NCBI RefSeq assembly: GCF_054482525.1
Contig: NZ_CM137006.1
Direction: 5' to 3' (one strand)
DNA: 64,000 nt
In this document: piece by piece, positions 10,167 to 21,800 of the stretch
How positions within the stretch are numbered: the stretch's first letter is position 1
Layout of the letters: every line of letters begins with the position of its first letter
Made by a program: the position numbers and the translations under genes
The notes under the pieces: model-generated
What the model was told of the DNA's origin: nothing
The model's input: only the letters and a program-made list of their open reading frames with translations
Databases searched by the model: none

Positions 10167-10416
10167 ATGACTATAATCGACAGAATCACCTGAACGTCCA
10201 GGTGGGTTTCCCTGACAGGACGTCAAGGAATGTTCGCTTTGTGCCAGGAGCGGACGTTGCCAGCATTGAGTTTTCAGTTTTCAAAGGTATATCTTTAGAT
10301 TTAGTTCACTTAGAATGAGCGTGTTAAAGTTTTCGGTTATGTGAGTATATTGAACATAACAAATAAACAATAATTTTTGTATTCCATTTAAGATATAAAA
10401 AAGAGGGATTTGAGTT

Positions 10417-11202
10417 ATGTACGATTATAGTTTTTTACTTACTCCATCTACAGGATTTGTTAAAGGATTATGTGGAGTTTGGTCGAATGATTTCTCTATA
10501 AATGATGATTCTGACTCTGATTTAGGGCAAACAGATATTCATTTACTTTCATCTCCTCATTTGAATATCATATCCGACCCAAATGAATTGGCTTCCAAGT
10601 TAAAAGGTTTGTTGATGCTCATGAACGGCGCACTTAGCGTTCTTTATGGTTTTGAAAGATATCAATCTTTTGGTCCTCTTTCTATTTCTGGAAGTGAAGG
10701 CATTAATTACTCGGAAATATGCGGCTTTAAATCAATGGATGTAACTCAGGTAAATCCCTTTAATTTCCATGACATACAGCAACCACACCCTCGCGCTGAT
10801 AATTTTTCACGATTAATTAATTTATCATCTAAACATGAATCCTTACGTGTTGTTTTAGGTATGTGTGCCTTAGGTTATGATTGGGTTAATCTTTATCGTT
10901 TGTGGGAAACAATTAGAGAATATGTATATGATAAATATGTGAAAGGTATACTAAATTTTCCCGACGCTTATAAAGGCAAGAAATATCAGAGAGATAAAGT
11001 AATTAGCATGGCTTTTAATATTGATGAAAAGGAAATCAGCAGATTCACGGGCACTGCTAATAGCTTTGAACTGTTAGGGTATCTTGCGAGACATGGAAAG
11101 GGAAGTTCCGGAGGGATATTAAAAAATCCGATGTCAAGAGTTGACGCAAGCAATTTCGTACACAAAGCAACTTACAAATATTGTAAGTTATTTTTGATGT
11201 AA
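10417..11202 (+). CDS. hypothetical protein (AT-rich orphan)
   Basis: 261-aa ORF with low-GC codon usage; no recognisable motif. Confidence 0.45.
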   Translation: MYDYSFLLTPSTGFVKGLCGVWSNDFSINDDSDSDLGQTDIHLLSSPHLNIISDPNELASKLKGLLMLMNGALSVLYGFERYQSFGPLSISGSEGINYSEICGFKSMDVTQVNPFNFHDIQQPHPRADNFSRLINLSSKHESLRVVLGMCALGYDWVNLYRLWETIREYVYDKYVKGILNFPDAYKGKKYQRDKVISMAFNIDEKEISRFTGTANSFELLGYLARHGKGSSGGILKNPMSRVDASNFVHKATYKYCKLFLM

Positions 11203-11363
11203 GTAAAAAGTTGAAGCTATAATACTCAAAGTATCGAAAACTACGTTCGTCGTGCACTCGAAAACAATATGCTTATTGTGTCTGCACTAATTACTCAAGG
11301 TCCGAGAAAAATGGCGAAGCTCATCTTTTTCAGGCTTCGCCAACTTGAGTTATTGGTTAAAAT

Positions 11364-12116
11364 TCATTTAGGAATAATAGAATGCAATTCGTGACTCACC
11401 TGGATTTCATAGTGTTTCAATAGTTCTCCGATGTTAATTCCTACTACCTTACGAACTGCGCCGAGGGAGAAGTTAAGCTCCTCAATGCCCGGCCGATCTG
11501 GCGTTGAATTCATATAGTGTCGGCACGCACGGACAATTGACTCGACGATCAACGATAGCGGAGACTCAGGTGCAATCTCGGAGCGAATCGCCGTAAGAGA
11601 GAGTCGGAGCTCCTTCAAAGAATCCGAGACTCGTGCTGGATCCTCTTGAGCATATGGCAGATAAAGAGAACTCTTGTCTTCCAATAAATGGATCACCCGC
11701 AGAGCAATTTTCTCGTCTGGGCGATGCGATAGAAATTGAAACATTAGCCTCTTTCCTCCCTCCAAGCACTCCTTCATTAGTGATTCGTGGTCACGTTTCC
11801 ATTTTCGCAAATACTCGGCGGGGTAGCCCATACCGCCATTCTTATCAACTAAATCAGCACAAGCTCCGCACAACCATATAGCATTTTTTATGCTCTTCCG
11901 CTCTGTTTCTGACTGAGACATGTCATAGCGCGGTCCGCCAGGGCTCGCCGCGCAGATATGCGCCGCCTCACCCGTCTTGATAGAAAGATTTTCCGCCAAT
12001 TGATCCGGGCCGATTGTTACCCTATGACAAGAGGGATTGCTACAAATATATGTAGCGCGCTCTGCTACCTTACCTACAACGCTTGGAGGAAAGTTGTGCC
12101 TATTTGTCTTGGTCAT
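11364..12116 (-). CDS. HNH-endonuclease-domain protein with C-terminal domain of unknown function
   Basis: N-terminal region carries CSNPSC ... GEAAHICAASPGGPRY ... NAIWLCGACADLVDKN, i.e. paired Cys ligands, a His and an Asn in HNH/zinc-finger spacing; the remaining ~140 aa are unassigned. Confidence 0.55.
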   Translation of the reverse strand: MTKTNRHNFPPSVVGKVAERATYICSNPSCHRVTIGPDQLAENLSIKTGEAAHICAASPGGPRYDMSQSETERKSIKNAIWLCGACADLVDKNGGMGYPAEYLRKWKRDHESLMKECLEGGKRLMFQFLSHRPDEKIALRVIHLLEDKSSLYLPYAQEDPARVSDSLKELRLSLTAIRSEIAPESPLSLIVESIVRACRHYMNSTPDRPGIEELNFSLGAVRKVVGINIGELLKHYEIQVSHELHSIIPK

Positions 12117-12559
12117 AAAAGTTATGCTTCTTTGTTTTTTTCATCTATGTGGGGAGAATAAAATCATACTTTTTATATCTGATCCTAGGTCTGACCAGCA
12201 ACCTATTGATCAAAAAACCAAGATATTAGCTAAAAAAAATCAGCATACTTGAGACCAAGCTCAATGTCCGCTCCTCGCTCAAAGCAGACCATTCGCTCAG
12301 TTAACGCATCAGTGTCGTGCTAAAAGTAGACGTGGTTAACAACAATGTGAGTTAATCAACGGAGAGCAGGTCAACTCTAACCTGTATCAAAAAAACAAAT
12401 GTGTCACAAAGATGCCGCATGCCTTAATTTGAGTATAATTGAGACGGAAGTAGACGGTTTATGGCTAAATATTGTTGATATATAGCTATTTGAAGAGTTG
12501 TAGCGCAAGTGTATAGCCCAAACTAATAACGCTACGCCCCTTACCTTTGACGCCTCTTA

Positions 12560-12868
12560 TCAAAGAGCGGCGATGATGCACAGCCCGCACGAGGCAATAT
12601 TCGCACAAGAATCAGGTTCAGAAATAACCTGATCTGGCATGGTGGGGAGAGTATCACTGAGCAGGCTTTCGGTAAAATGCGGCGGGATGAGGTCGGCGTG
12701 GGTTGCAGCAGTACAATGTCGCCCGCAGAGGGTAAGCCACAGCGCGGGATCCTCGGTTTCTATCAGGGATTCGACGAAGTGGGCGCAGTTGTCGACCAAG
12801 GCGGTGAAATCCATAGTGACATTATAAGGAAACGAACAATAGATCGAGTAAATCGCAGTCAGGGACAA
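12560..12868 (-). CDS. small Cys-rich hypothetical protein (start uncertain)
   Basis: 102-aa ORF; a likelier start is MDFTALVDN...; no family recognised. Confidence 0.3.
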   Translation of the reverse strand: MSLTAIYSIYCSFPYNVTMDFTALVDNCAHFVESLIETEDPALWLTLCGRHCTAATHADLIPPHFTESLLSDTLPTMPDQVISEPDSCANIASCGLCIIAAL

Positions 12869-13029
12869 GGATTGTAGTCATAGAGAAGTCTCCTGTAACG
12901 GTTTTCAGGAAGCTAATCCCGACGCCTGATTTTGCAGGCGCGGAAGGAGAAGATACTGCGGCCATTAATCCGCCACAAGGCATTTACGTGCATAAATCGC
13001 GCAGTCAAATCCGACTCCCACTGTAGTTC

Positions 13030-13335
13030 TTGAACCTGATACCACATTTAGCTAATTTAGCTAACTTATCTATTATACCAGTGGTTGCCATGAATATGAA
13101 TGAAGACGAGATTTATCGCCATATCCGGCAGGCACTTTCCAGTGCGCCTCGTAACCAGTACACCGTCGAGCTGCACCTGCAAATGATTAAATATGCCGAC
13201 AAACTGGAACACATTACGGCAAAAGCCTTTTGCGAAGGCACTGGTCTGAACCAGAGCCTCGGTACCGAATTCAGCAAAATGCGTAACTTAACCCATCGGT
13301 TAAAGGCCGCCGGTCTGAATACCGATCTGCTGTAA
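13030..13335 (+). CDS. small hypothetical protein upstream of hsdM (start uncertain)
   Basis: 101-aa ORF ending 40 bp before hsdM; could start at the internal MNMNEDEIYRH. Confidence 0.35.
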   Translation: MNLIPHLANLANLSIIPVVAMNMNEDEIYRHIRQALSSAPRNQYTVELHLQMIKYADKLEHITAKAFCEGTGLNQSLGTEFSKMRNLTHRLKAAGLNTDLL

Positions 13336-13374
13336 CCGACTTACGGCACATTATCGCGCAAAACGAGATATTTA

Positions 13375-15813
13375 ATGGCTATCAAAAAAACCGAACTCTA
13401 TTCTTCCCTGTGGGCAAGCTGCGACGAACTGCGTGGCGGGATGGACGCCAGCCAGTACAAAGACTATGTACTGACCCTGCTGTTTATGAAGTACGTTTCC
13501 GATAAGTATAAAGGCGATCCTTACGGGATGATCGTGATACCCAAAGGAGCCAGCTTTGACGATATGGTTGCGCTGAAAAATGACAAAGAGATCGGCGACA
13601 AAATCAACAAAATCATCCACAAGCTGGCGGAAGAGAACGGCCTGAAGGGCGTCATCGACGAAGCCGACTTTAACGACGAAGATAAGCTCGGCAAAGGCAA
13701 GGAAATGATTGACCGCCTGAGCAAGCTTGTCGGTATCTTTGAAGGGTTAAATCTCTCCAGCAACCGGGCCGAAGGCGACGATCTGCTGGGCGATGCCTAT
13801 GAATATCTGATGCGTCACTTCGCAACCGAATCCGGTAAGAGTAAAGGGCAGTTTTACACTCCAGCGGAGGTGTCACGTATTCTGGCGAAGGTGATTGGTA
13901 TTACTCCCGATACTCCGCAAGATGCAACGGTTTATGACCCAACCTGTGGCTCTGGTTCGCTGCTGTTGAAAGTGAATGATGAAGCCCGGCGCGGACTGTC
14001 GATTTTCGGCCAGGAGATGGATAACGCTACCAGTGCGCTGGCGCGGATGAACATGATTCTGCATAACAATGCCACCGCGAAAATCTGGCAGGGCAATACG
14101 CTGAGCGATCCGCAGTGGAAAGAGGCGAACGGCAAACTGAAAGCCTTCGATTTTGCCGTGGCGAACCCGCCTTTTTCCAATAAAAACTGGACCAACGGGC
14201 TGACGCCGAAAAAAGATCCGTTTGAACGCTTCGGCTGGGGTATTCCGCCGGAAAAAAACGGCGATTATGCTTTTTTGTTGCATATCATTAAAAGCCTGAA
14301 AAGTACCGGCAAAGGCGCGGTGATCCTGCCCCACGGCGTACTGTTTCGCGGTAACGCCGAAGCGAATATCCGTGAAAATCTAATCAAGCAGGGCTATATC
14401 AAAGGCGTTATTGGTTTGCCAGCCAACCTGTTTTACGGCACCGGCATCCCGGCGTGCATCATTGTGATTGATAAAGAGCACGCCCACAGCCGCAAAGGCA
14501 TTTTTATGATCGACGCCAGCCGGGGCTTTATCAAAGATGGCAACAAGAACCGCCTGCGTAGCCGAGATATTCACCGCATTGTGGACGTGTTCAACCATCA
14601 GCGAACGGTACCTGGCTACAGCCGGATGGTGCCCTCCAGCGAGATCGCCGGAAATGATTACAACCTGAATATTCCTCGCTATATCGAGAGCGGCGAGCCG
14701 GAAGATTTACACGATCTGACCGCGCACTTACAGGGCGGTATTCCGGCACGCGATGTGGATGCTTTGCAAGATTACTGGCGGGTATTCCCTGCCCTGCGCA
14801 ACGTGCTGTTTGCTGACGACCGTCCCGGTTACTGTCGGGCGCAGGTGAACGCGCAACAGGTGAAACCGACCATTCTGGCGCATCAGGAGTTTAAGGATTT
14901 TGCCACCCGCAGCCTGCTACCGTTTAAAGCGTGGGTGAAAGAGGCAAGTCTGGAAGAGATTCGCAAAGGTGATAAACCCAAAGCGCTAATCCACGATATC
15001 AGCGAAATGCTATTGGCGCAGTACGCCAACAGTGAGTTGCTGAACAAATACAGCGTGTACCAGATCCTGATGGATTACTGGACTGATGTCATGCAAGACG
15101 ATGTGTATGCGATTATGCAGGATGGCTGGCAAGCCGCCGCGCAAATCCGCGAGCTTCAGCCGGTGAAAGGCAAAGATGGCAAAAACATCTGGAAAGAAAC
15201 GCACGATTTCGAGTTTACCAAACGGCGCTACAAGGCCGATGTGCTGCCCCGTTCGCTGGTGGAAATTCGCTGTTTCCCGGAACTGCTGGATGCGCTGAAC
15301 CGCGCGCAGGAGCGCAGTGAAGAAGCCAGTCGTCAGCTAGTGGAATTCATCGAGGAGCAGGCAGGTGAAGAGGATCTGCTGGCCGAGGCGAAGAACGATA
15401 AAGATAAGGTGACGCAAAAGCTGGTGAATGCCCGTCTAGCACAGTTAAAGAAAACCACTGCCGGCCCAGATGAGCTGGCAGTGCTGAACCGCTGCCTGGC
15501 GCTAATTAAGGCCGAAGCCAGTGCGAAAAAAGCGCTGAAAGCCGCACAAGAAGCGCTGGATCGGGCGGTGTTTAAACATTATCCCACGCTGGATGAAGCA
15601 GCGATTAAAACGCTGGTAGTGCAGGATAAGTGGCTGGCAACGTTGCAGGCAGGGATCAAGGCGGAGATTGAGCGTATTACCCAGCAACTGGCGTCGCGCG
15701 TAAAGGAGCTGGAAGAGCGTTATGCTGAACCGTTGCTAGCGCTTGAAGCCTCCGTTGAGGCGTTGAGCGAGAAAGTGGCCGAGCATTTGCGGGCGATGGG
15801 GCTGGAGTGGTGA
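13375..15813 (+). CDS. hsdM: Type I restriction-modification N6-adenine DNA methyltransferase subunit, with long C-terminal coiled-coil extension
   Basis: HsdM-type N-terminus (MAIKKTELYSSLWASCDELRG), AdoMet motif I (YDPTCGSGSLL) and motif IV NPPF (FAVANPPFSNKNW); 812 aa, with a C-terminal ~270 aa that is charged and helical. Confidence 0.85.
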   Translation: MAIKKTELYSSLWASCDELRGGMDASQYKDYVLTLLFMKYVSDKYKGDPYGMIVIPKGASFDDMVALKNDKEIGDKINKIIHKLAEENGLKGVIDEADFNDEDKLGKGKEMIDRLSKLVGIFEGLNLSSNRAEGDDLLGDAYEYLMRHFATESGKSKGQFYTPAEVSRILAKVIGITPDTPQDATVYDPTCGSGSLLLKVNDEARRGLSIFGQEMDNATSALARMNMILHNNATAKIWQGNTLSDPQWKEANGKLKAFDFAVANPPFSNKNWTNGLTPKKDPFERFGWGIPPEKNGDYAFLLHIIKSLKSTGKGAVILPHGVLFRGNAEANIRENLIKQGYIKGVIGLPANLFYGTGIPACIIVIDKEHAHSRKGIFMIDASRGFIKDGNKNRLRSRDIHRIVDVFNHQRTVPGYSRMVPSSEIAGNDYNLNIPRYIESGEPEDLHDLTAHLQGGIPARDVDALQDYWRVFPALRNVLFADDRPGYCRAQVNAQQVKPTILAHQEFKDFATRSLLPFKAWVKEASLEEIRKGDKPKALIHDISEMLLAQYANSELLNKYSVYQILMDYWTDVMQDDVYAIMQDGWQAAAQIRELQPVKGKDGKNIWKETHDFEFTKRRYKADVLPRSLVEIRCFPELLDALNRAQERSEEASRQLVEFIEEQAGEEDLLAEAKNDKDKVTQKLVNARLAQLKKTTAGPDELAVLNRCLALIKAEASAKKALKAAQEALDRAVFKHYPTLDEAAIKTLVVQDKWLATLQAGIKAEIERITQQLASRVKELEERYAEPLLALEASVEALSEKVAEHLRAMGLEW

Positions 15814-17147
15814 TGGTGGATTTAATGGTGAATGAGCAACGGTCGAGTACGGCGGGGAAAGATGTGCCTGCGGGGTATAAACTGACTGAGGTGGGCGTGA
15901 TTCCTGAGGATTGGGATTGCGTACCATTTGGTAATCTGTTTAAAACAAACACAAAGAAAAAAAAAGTCAGCGATTATGAGCTAGTTTCATTTATTGGGAT
16001 GCAAGATGTTAGTGAAGATGCACAATTAAAAAATAATACTCAACTTCCTTTTAAAGAAGTTAAAAGTGGTTTTACTTACTTTGAAAAAGGGGATGTTTTA
16101 TTAGCTAAAATAACCCCTTGTTTTGAAAATGGAAAAGGATGTCATACCGCTGATTTACCTACTAATGTAGGTTTTGGGAGTACGGAATTTCATGTATTAA
16201 GGGAAAATGAAGACTCCGATTCTCGCTTCATCTATTTTTGGACAACTGATAAAAAATTCAGAGCATCACTGGAATCTGAAATGGTGGGAAGTGCGGGACA
16301 CCGTCGTGTGCCGCTAGTTGCTATAGAAAAATATTTGATTCCATGTCCCCCAAATTTGCAAGAGCAAAGTGCTATTGCTGATTCATTATCTGATATTAAT
16401 AATTTTATTCTAGCTCTAGAAAAGCTTATCGTTAAAAAACAAGCCATTAAAACCGCTACTATGCAGCGACTACTGACTGGTAAAACCCGTTTGCCACAGT
16501 TTGCGTTGCGCAAAGATGGCTCTGCTAAGGGATATAAAAAGAGCGAGTTGGGGGAGATTCCTGAAGATTGGAATTGTATTAATCTTGGTGAGCTAGGTAA
16601 TTGCATTATTGGGTTAACTTACAAACCTGAAGATACATCTGATTATGGTACATTGGTATTACGCTCATCCAACATTCAAAATAATCACTTAGCTTATGAT
16701 GATAACGTCTTCGTCAGCATAGAACCACCTGAGCGCACAATTGTGAAAGAAGGTGATATCTTGGTATGTGTAAGAAATGGCAGTCGCCAACTTATTGGCA
16801 AATGCGCATTAATTGACAAAAATGCGCAGGGCTCAGCATTCGGTGCATTTATGTCAGTATTCCGAACTGATATATATGGATTTACATTTCACCAATTCCA
16901 GTCTGATATTATTCAAAAGCAAATCGCTGAAGTTATGGGTGCCACTATCAATCAGATAACTAACAAAGATATGTTGGGCTTTAAAATCCCATTACCTGAA
17001 AATACAGAAGAACAAGCCGCCATCGCCGCCATCCTCTCCGATATGGACAAGGAAATCCAGATCCTGCAACAGCGTCTGGACAAAACCCGCCAGCTTAAGC
17101 AAGGGATGATGCAGGAACTGTTAACCGGGAAAATCCGCTTAATATAG
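15807..17147 (+). CDS. hsdS: Type I R-M specificity subunit
   Basis: 446 aa with two target-recognition halves, each ending in the conserved LLTGK(T/I)RL repeat (MQRLLTGKTRLPQF and MMQELLTGKIRLI); overlaps the hsdM stop. Confidence 0.8.
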   Translation: MVMVDLMVNEQRSSTAGKDVPAGYKLTEVGVIPEDWDCVPFGNLFKTNTKKKKVSDYELVSFIGMQDVSEDAQLKNNTQLPFKEVKSGFTYFEKGDVLLAKITPCFENGKGCHTADLPTNVGFGSTEFHVLRENEDSDSRFIYFWTTDKKFRASLESEMVGSAGHRRVPLVAIEKYLIPCPPNLQEQSAIADSLSDINNFILALEKLIVKKQAIKTATMQRLLTGKTRLPQFALRKDGSAKGYKKSELGEIPEDWNCINLGELGNCIIGLTYKPEDTSDYGTLVLRSSNIQNNHLAYDDNVFVSIEPPERTIVKEGDILVCVRNGSRQLIGKCALIDKNAQGSAFGAFMSVFRTDIYGFTFHQFQSDIIQKQIAEVMGATINQITNKDMLGFKIPLPENTEEQAAIAAILSDMDKEIQILQQRLDKTRQLKQGMMQELLTGKIRLI

Positions 17148-17159
17148 AAGGGAAAGCAC

Positions 17160-17816
17160 ATGGCTTATGATTACAGCGCCAGCCTCAACCCGCAAAAAGC
17201 TCTGATCTGGCGTATCGTCCATCGGGACAATATCCCGTGGATTCTGGATAACGGGCTGCACTGCGGCAACAGTCTGGTGCAGGCGGAAAACTGGATCAAT
17301 ATCGGCAACCCGGAGCTGATCGGCAAGCGTGCCGGGCATCCGGTACCTGTCGGAACGGGCGGGACACTGCATGACTATGTGCCGTTTTATTTTACCCCCT
17401 TCTCGCCAATGCTGATGAACATCCACAGCGGGCGCGGCGGCATTAAGCAACGCCCCAATGAGGAGATCGTTATTCTGGTCAGCAACTTGCGAAACGTGGC
17501 AGCACACGACGTACCCTTCGTGTTTACCGACAGCCATGCTTACTATAACTGGACCAACTACTACACCAGTCTGGATAGTCTGGACCAGATCGACTGGCCC
17601 ATTTTGCAGGCACGGGACTTTCGCCGCGATCCAGACGATCCGGCTAAATTTGAACGCTATCAGGCAGAGGCGCTAATCTGGCAACACTGCCCGATCTCTC
17701 TGCTGGATGGGATAATTTGTTACAGCGAAGAGGTCAGGTTACAATTAGAACAATGGCTGTTTCAGCGTAATCTAACAATGTCCGTTCACACACGGGCTGG
17801 ATGGTACTTCTCATGA
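17160..17816 (+). CDS. darT: DarT ssDNA thymidine ADP-ribosyltransferase toxin (DUF4433)
   Basis: 218-aa ORF whose sequence I recognise as DarT-like, immediately followed by and overlapping a macrodomain gene. Confidence 0.75.
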
Positions 17817-18880
17817 TCACATATACACAAGGCAATTTACTGGACGCACCGGTGGAAGCTCTGGTGAATACGGTTAATACCGTCGGTGTCATGGGGAAAG
17901 GCATCGCGTTGATGTTTAAAGAGCGCTTCCCCGAAAATATGAAAGTCTATGCCCTCGCCTGCAAACAAAAGCAGGTGATCACCGGCAAAATGTTCATTAC
18001 CGAAACCGGGGAACTGATGGGACCGCGCTGGATTGTTAATTTTCCGACCAAACAGCACTGGCGCGCTGATTCCCGCATGGAGTGGATTGAAGATGGCTTG
18101 CAGGACTTACGCCGCTTTTTGATTGAAGAGAACGTGCAGTCCATCGCCATTCCACCACTGGGCGCAGGCAACGGTGGTTTGAACTGGCCGGACGTTCGGG
18201 CGCAGATTGAATCTGCCCTTGGCGACCTTCAGGACGTTGATATCCTGATTTACCAACCGACTGAAAAATACCAGAACGTTGCCAAAAGCACTGGCGTAAA
18301 AAAGCTCACTCCCGCCAGAGCCGCCATCGCTGAACTGGTGCGTCGCTACTGGGTATTGGGGATGGAGTGCAGCCTACTGGAAATCCAGAAACTGGCCTGG
18401 CTGTTACAACGCGCCATTGAGCAGCATCAACAGGACGATATCCTCAAACTGCGGTTTGAAGCTCACTATTATGGCCCCTATGCGCCCAATCTGAACCATC
18501 TGCTTAATGCGCTGGACGGCACCTATCTTAAAGCCGAGAAACGCATCCCGGACAGCCAACCGCTGGATGTGATCTGGTTTAACGATCAGAAAAAAGAACA
18601 CGTTAATGCGTATCTGAACAACGAAGCCAGAGAGTGGCTACCTGCGCTGGAGCAGGTCAGCCAGTTAATTGACGGCTTTGAATCGCCGTTTGGTCTGGAG
18701 TTGCTGGCAACCGTAGACTGGTTGCTGAGCCGTGGCGAATGTCAACCAACGCTGGATTCCGTTAAGGAAGGGCTGCACCAGTGGCCTGCGGGCGAACGCT
18801 GGGCCAGCCGTAAGTTGAGGCTGTTTGATAATAATAATCTGCAATTTGCCATTAACCGCGTAATGGAGTTCCATTGCTGA
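17801..18880 (+). CDS. darG: DarG macrodomain antitoxin (DNA ADP-ribosylglycohydrolase)
   Basis: N-terminal macrodomain signature [37 protein letters not shown]; 16-nt overlap with darT. Confidence 0.75.
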
Positions 18881-18898
18881 GGGTTTAAGGAGCGCCTT

Positions 18899-21800
18899 TT
18901 GAGTACCGTGGGCCAGCGCGAACGCGCCACACAGCAGCGTCTGATTCAGTTTTTTGTTGAAGATTTAGGTTACCGCCATCTGAGTCACCGCACCGGGTAC
19001 ACCGGGAACAGCAACATCGACACTAATATACTGAGCGCGTGGCTAAAACGGCGCGGCGTTAATGATACGTTGATCACCCGGGCGTTGCGGCAACTGGATT
19101 CCGCCGCCGCTCTGGGCGAAGGCAAAAAACTCTATTACGCCAATAAAGAGGTCTATCGCCTGCTGCGTTACGGCGTGAAAGACAAAGAAGGCGCAGGCGA
19201 GCAGAACCAAACCGTGTGGCTGATTGACTGGGCCAACCCACAAGCCAATGATTTCGCCATCGCCGATGAGGTGACGGTCAAAGGCGAGTACTGCAAGCGC
19301 CCGGATCTGGTGCTGTACGTTAACGGCATTGCGCTGGGCGTGATTGAACTTAAGCGTTCGTCAGTGCACGTCAGCGAAGGCATCCGGCAGAATCTCGATA
19401 ATCAAAAGAAAACCTTTATCCGCGATTTCTTCACCACTATGCAGTTAGTGATGGCGGGCAACGATACGCAGGGCCTGCGCTACGGCACCATCGAAACCCC
19501 GGAAAAATACTATCTGGAGTGGAAAGAAGATAATCCAGGCGACTATACACATAAACTCGACTTTCATTTAAGTCGTCTGTGTAGCAAATCCAGGCTGTTG
19601 GATATCGTCCATAATTACATTGCCTTTGATGTCGGGGTGAAAAAACTCTGCCGCCATAATCAGTTCTTCGGCGTCGAGGCGGCTAAACAACATATTGCCC
19701 GTCGTGAAGGCGGTATTATCTGGCACACACAGGGATCGGGTAAAAGCCTGACGATGGTCTGGCTGGCGAAGTGGATCCGTGAAAATGTGCCAAACTCCCG
19801 CGTGTTGATTGTGACTGACCGCACCGAACTGGATGAACAGATCGAAAGCGTGTTTATGGGCGTGAATGAAGATATTTATCGCACCTCCAGCGGCAACGAT
19901 CTTATCGCAACGCTCAATCATCCTAACCCGTGGCTCATTTGCTCGCTGGTGCATAAATTTGGTCGTCGCAGCGAAGCTGAAGACAATGCGGCTACCGACG
20001 CCTTTATCACCGAATTACAGCAGTCCCTGACGAAAACATTCCGCGCCAAAGGCGATCTGTTTGTTTTTGTGGACGAGTGCCACCGCACACAATCCGGCAA
20101 GCTGCATAACGCCATGACTGCCATTCTGCCGGACGCCCTGTTTATCGGTTTTACCGGCACACCGCTGATGAAGAAAGATAAGAAGAAGTCGGTTGAGGTG
20201 TTCGGCCCTTATATCCATACCTATAAATTTGATGAAGCGGTGGCCGACGGTGTGGTGCTGGATCTGCGCTACGAGGCACGCGATATTGACCAGTATCTGA
20301 CATCAGAGAAAAAGGTCGATGACTGGTTTGAAGCCAAGACTCGCGGTTTGTCGAATTTAGCCAGGACCCAGCTTAAGCAAAAGTGGGGATCAATGCAGAA
20401 GCTGCTCTCCAGCAAGTCGCGGCTGGAGCAGATCGTTAACGACATTTTGCTGGATATGGATACCCGTCCACGCCTGATGGACGGGCGCGGCAACGCCATG
20501 CTGGTATGCAGCAGTATCTATCAAGCCTGCAAGGTTTACGAGATGTTCAGCCAGACCGAGCTGGCAGGAAAAGTAGCGATTGTGACCAGCTATCGCCCCG
20601 ATGCCGCCAGCATCAAAGGCGAAGAAACGGGCGAAGGGTTAACGGAGAAACTCTCTAAACACGCCACCTATCGTAAAATGTTGGCTGACTATTTTGAACA
20701 AAGTGAAGAGAAGGCCGCCGCACGCATTACCGAGTTCGAGCGGGAAATGAAACAGCGTTTTATTGAAGAGCCGGGGCAAATGCGCCTGCTTATCGTGGTG
20801 GATAAGCTGCTGACTGGCTTTGACGCGCCGTCCGCCACCTATCTCTACATTGATAAAACCATGACCGACCATACGCTGTTTCAGGCGATTTGTCGGGTGA
20901 ACCGGCTGGACGGTGAGGATAAAGAGTATGGCTATATTATCGATTATAAAGATCTGTTCCGTTCGCTGGATAAAGCGATTACCGATTACACCACGGGCGC
21001 GTTTGATGATTACGATCGGGACGATGTGGCCGGGTTGCTGAAAGACAGGCTGGAGCAGGCGCAACTGGATCTCGACAGCGCGCTGGAGATGGTTCGCAGC
21101 TTATGTGAACCCGTCAAAACCCCGCGCAGCCTGCTGGACTATCAGCACTATTTTTGCGGTGAATCAGGAGAGAATCAGACTTCGTTAAACGAAAAAGAGG
21201 CGCTGCGCCTGACATTTTACCAGTGCGTCGCCCGTCTGCTACGCGCTTATGCCAGCATCGCCAATGAAATGCCGGAAGCAGGCTACACTGCCGAAGAGGT
21301 AGAGAGCATTCGCGCCGAAGTCGCTGAATTCGAAAAACTGCGCTATGAGATTAAGCTGACCAGCGGCGATCTTCTGGATATGAAGCGCTTTGAACCCGCT
21401 ATGCGTCATTTACTGGATATGTATGTTCGCGCCGATGGTAGCGAAGTGCTGATGGATTTTGAAGAGTTAAGTCTGATTGAACTGATTGTCGAGAAAGGCT
21501 TGGCGGCGACCGTCGCCCTGCCGGATGATATCCGTAATAATCAGGATGCGATGGCGGAAACCATCGAAAACAACGTGCGCAAAACCATCGTGGATGAAAA
21601 CCCGGTTAACCCAAAATACTATGGACGCATGTCGCAGCTGCTGGATGAACTGATTACCCTTCGCCGACAAAATGCGCTCAATTATCAGCAGTATCTGGAA
21701 CGTATCCGCGATTTGTGTAAACAGGTCATCCGCCCGGAGCAAACCGCCGGAGCGTGCTACCCTGCCACCATGGATACACAAGCAAAGCGCGCCTTCTATG

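Noticed and set aside
13873..14334. 153-aa minus-strand ORF inside hsdM
   Set aside because: Fully embedded antisense to a well-supported methyltransferase gene.
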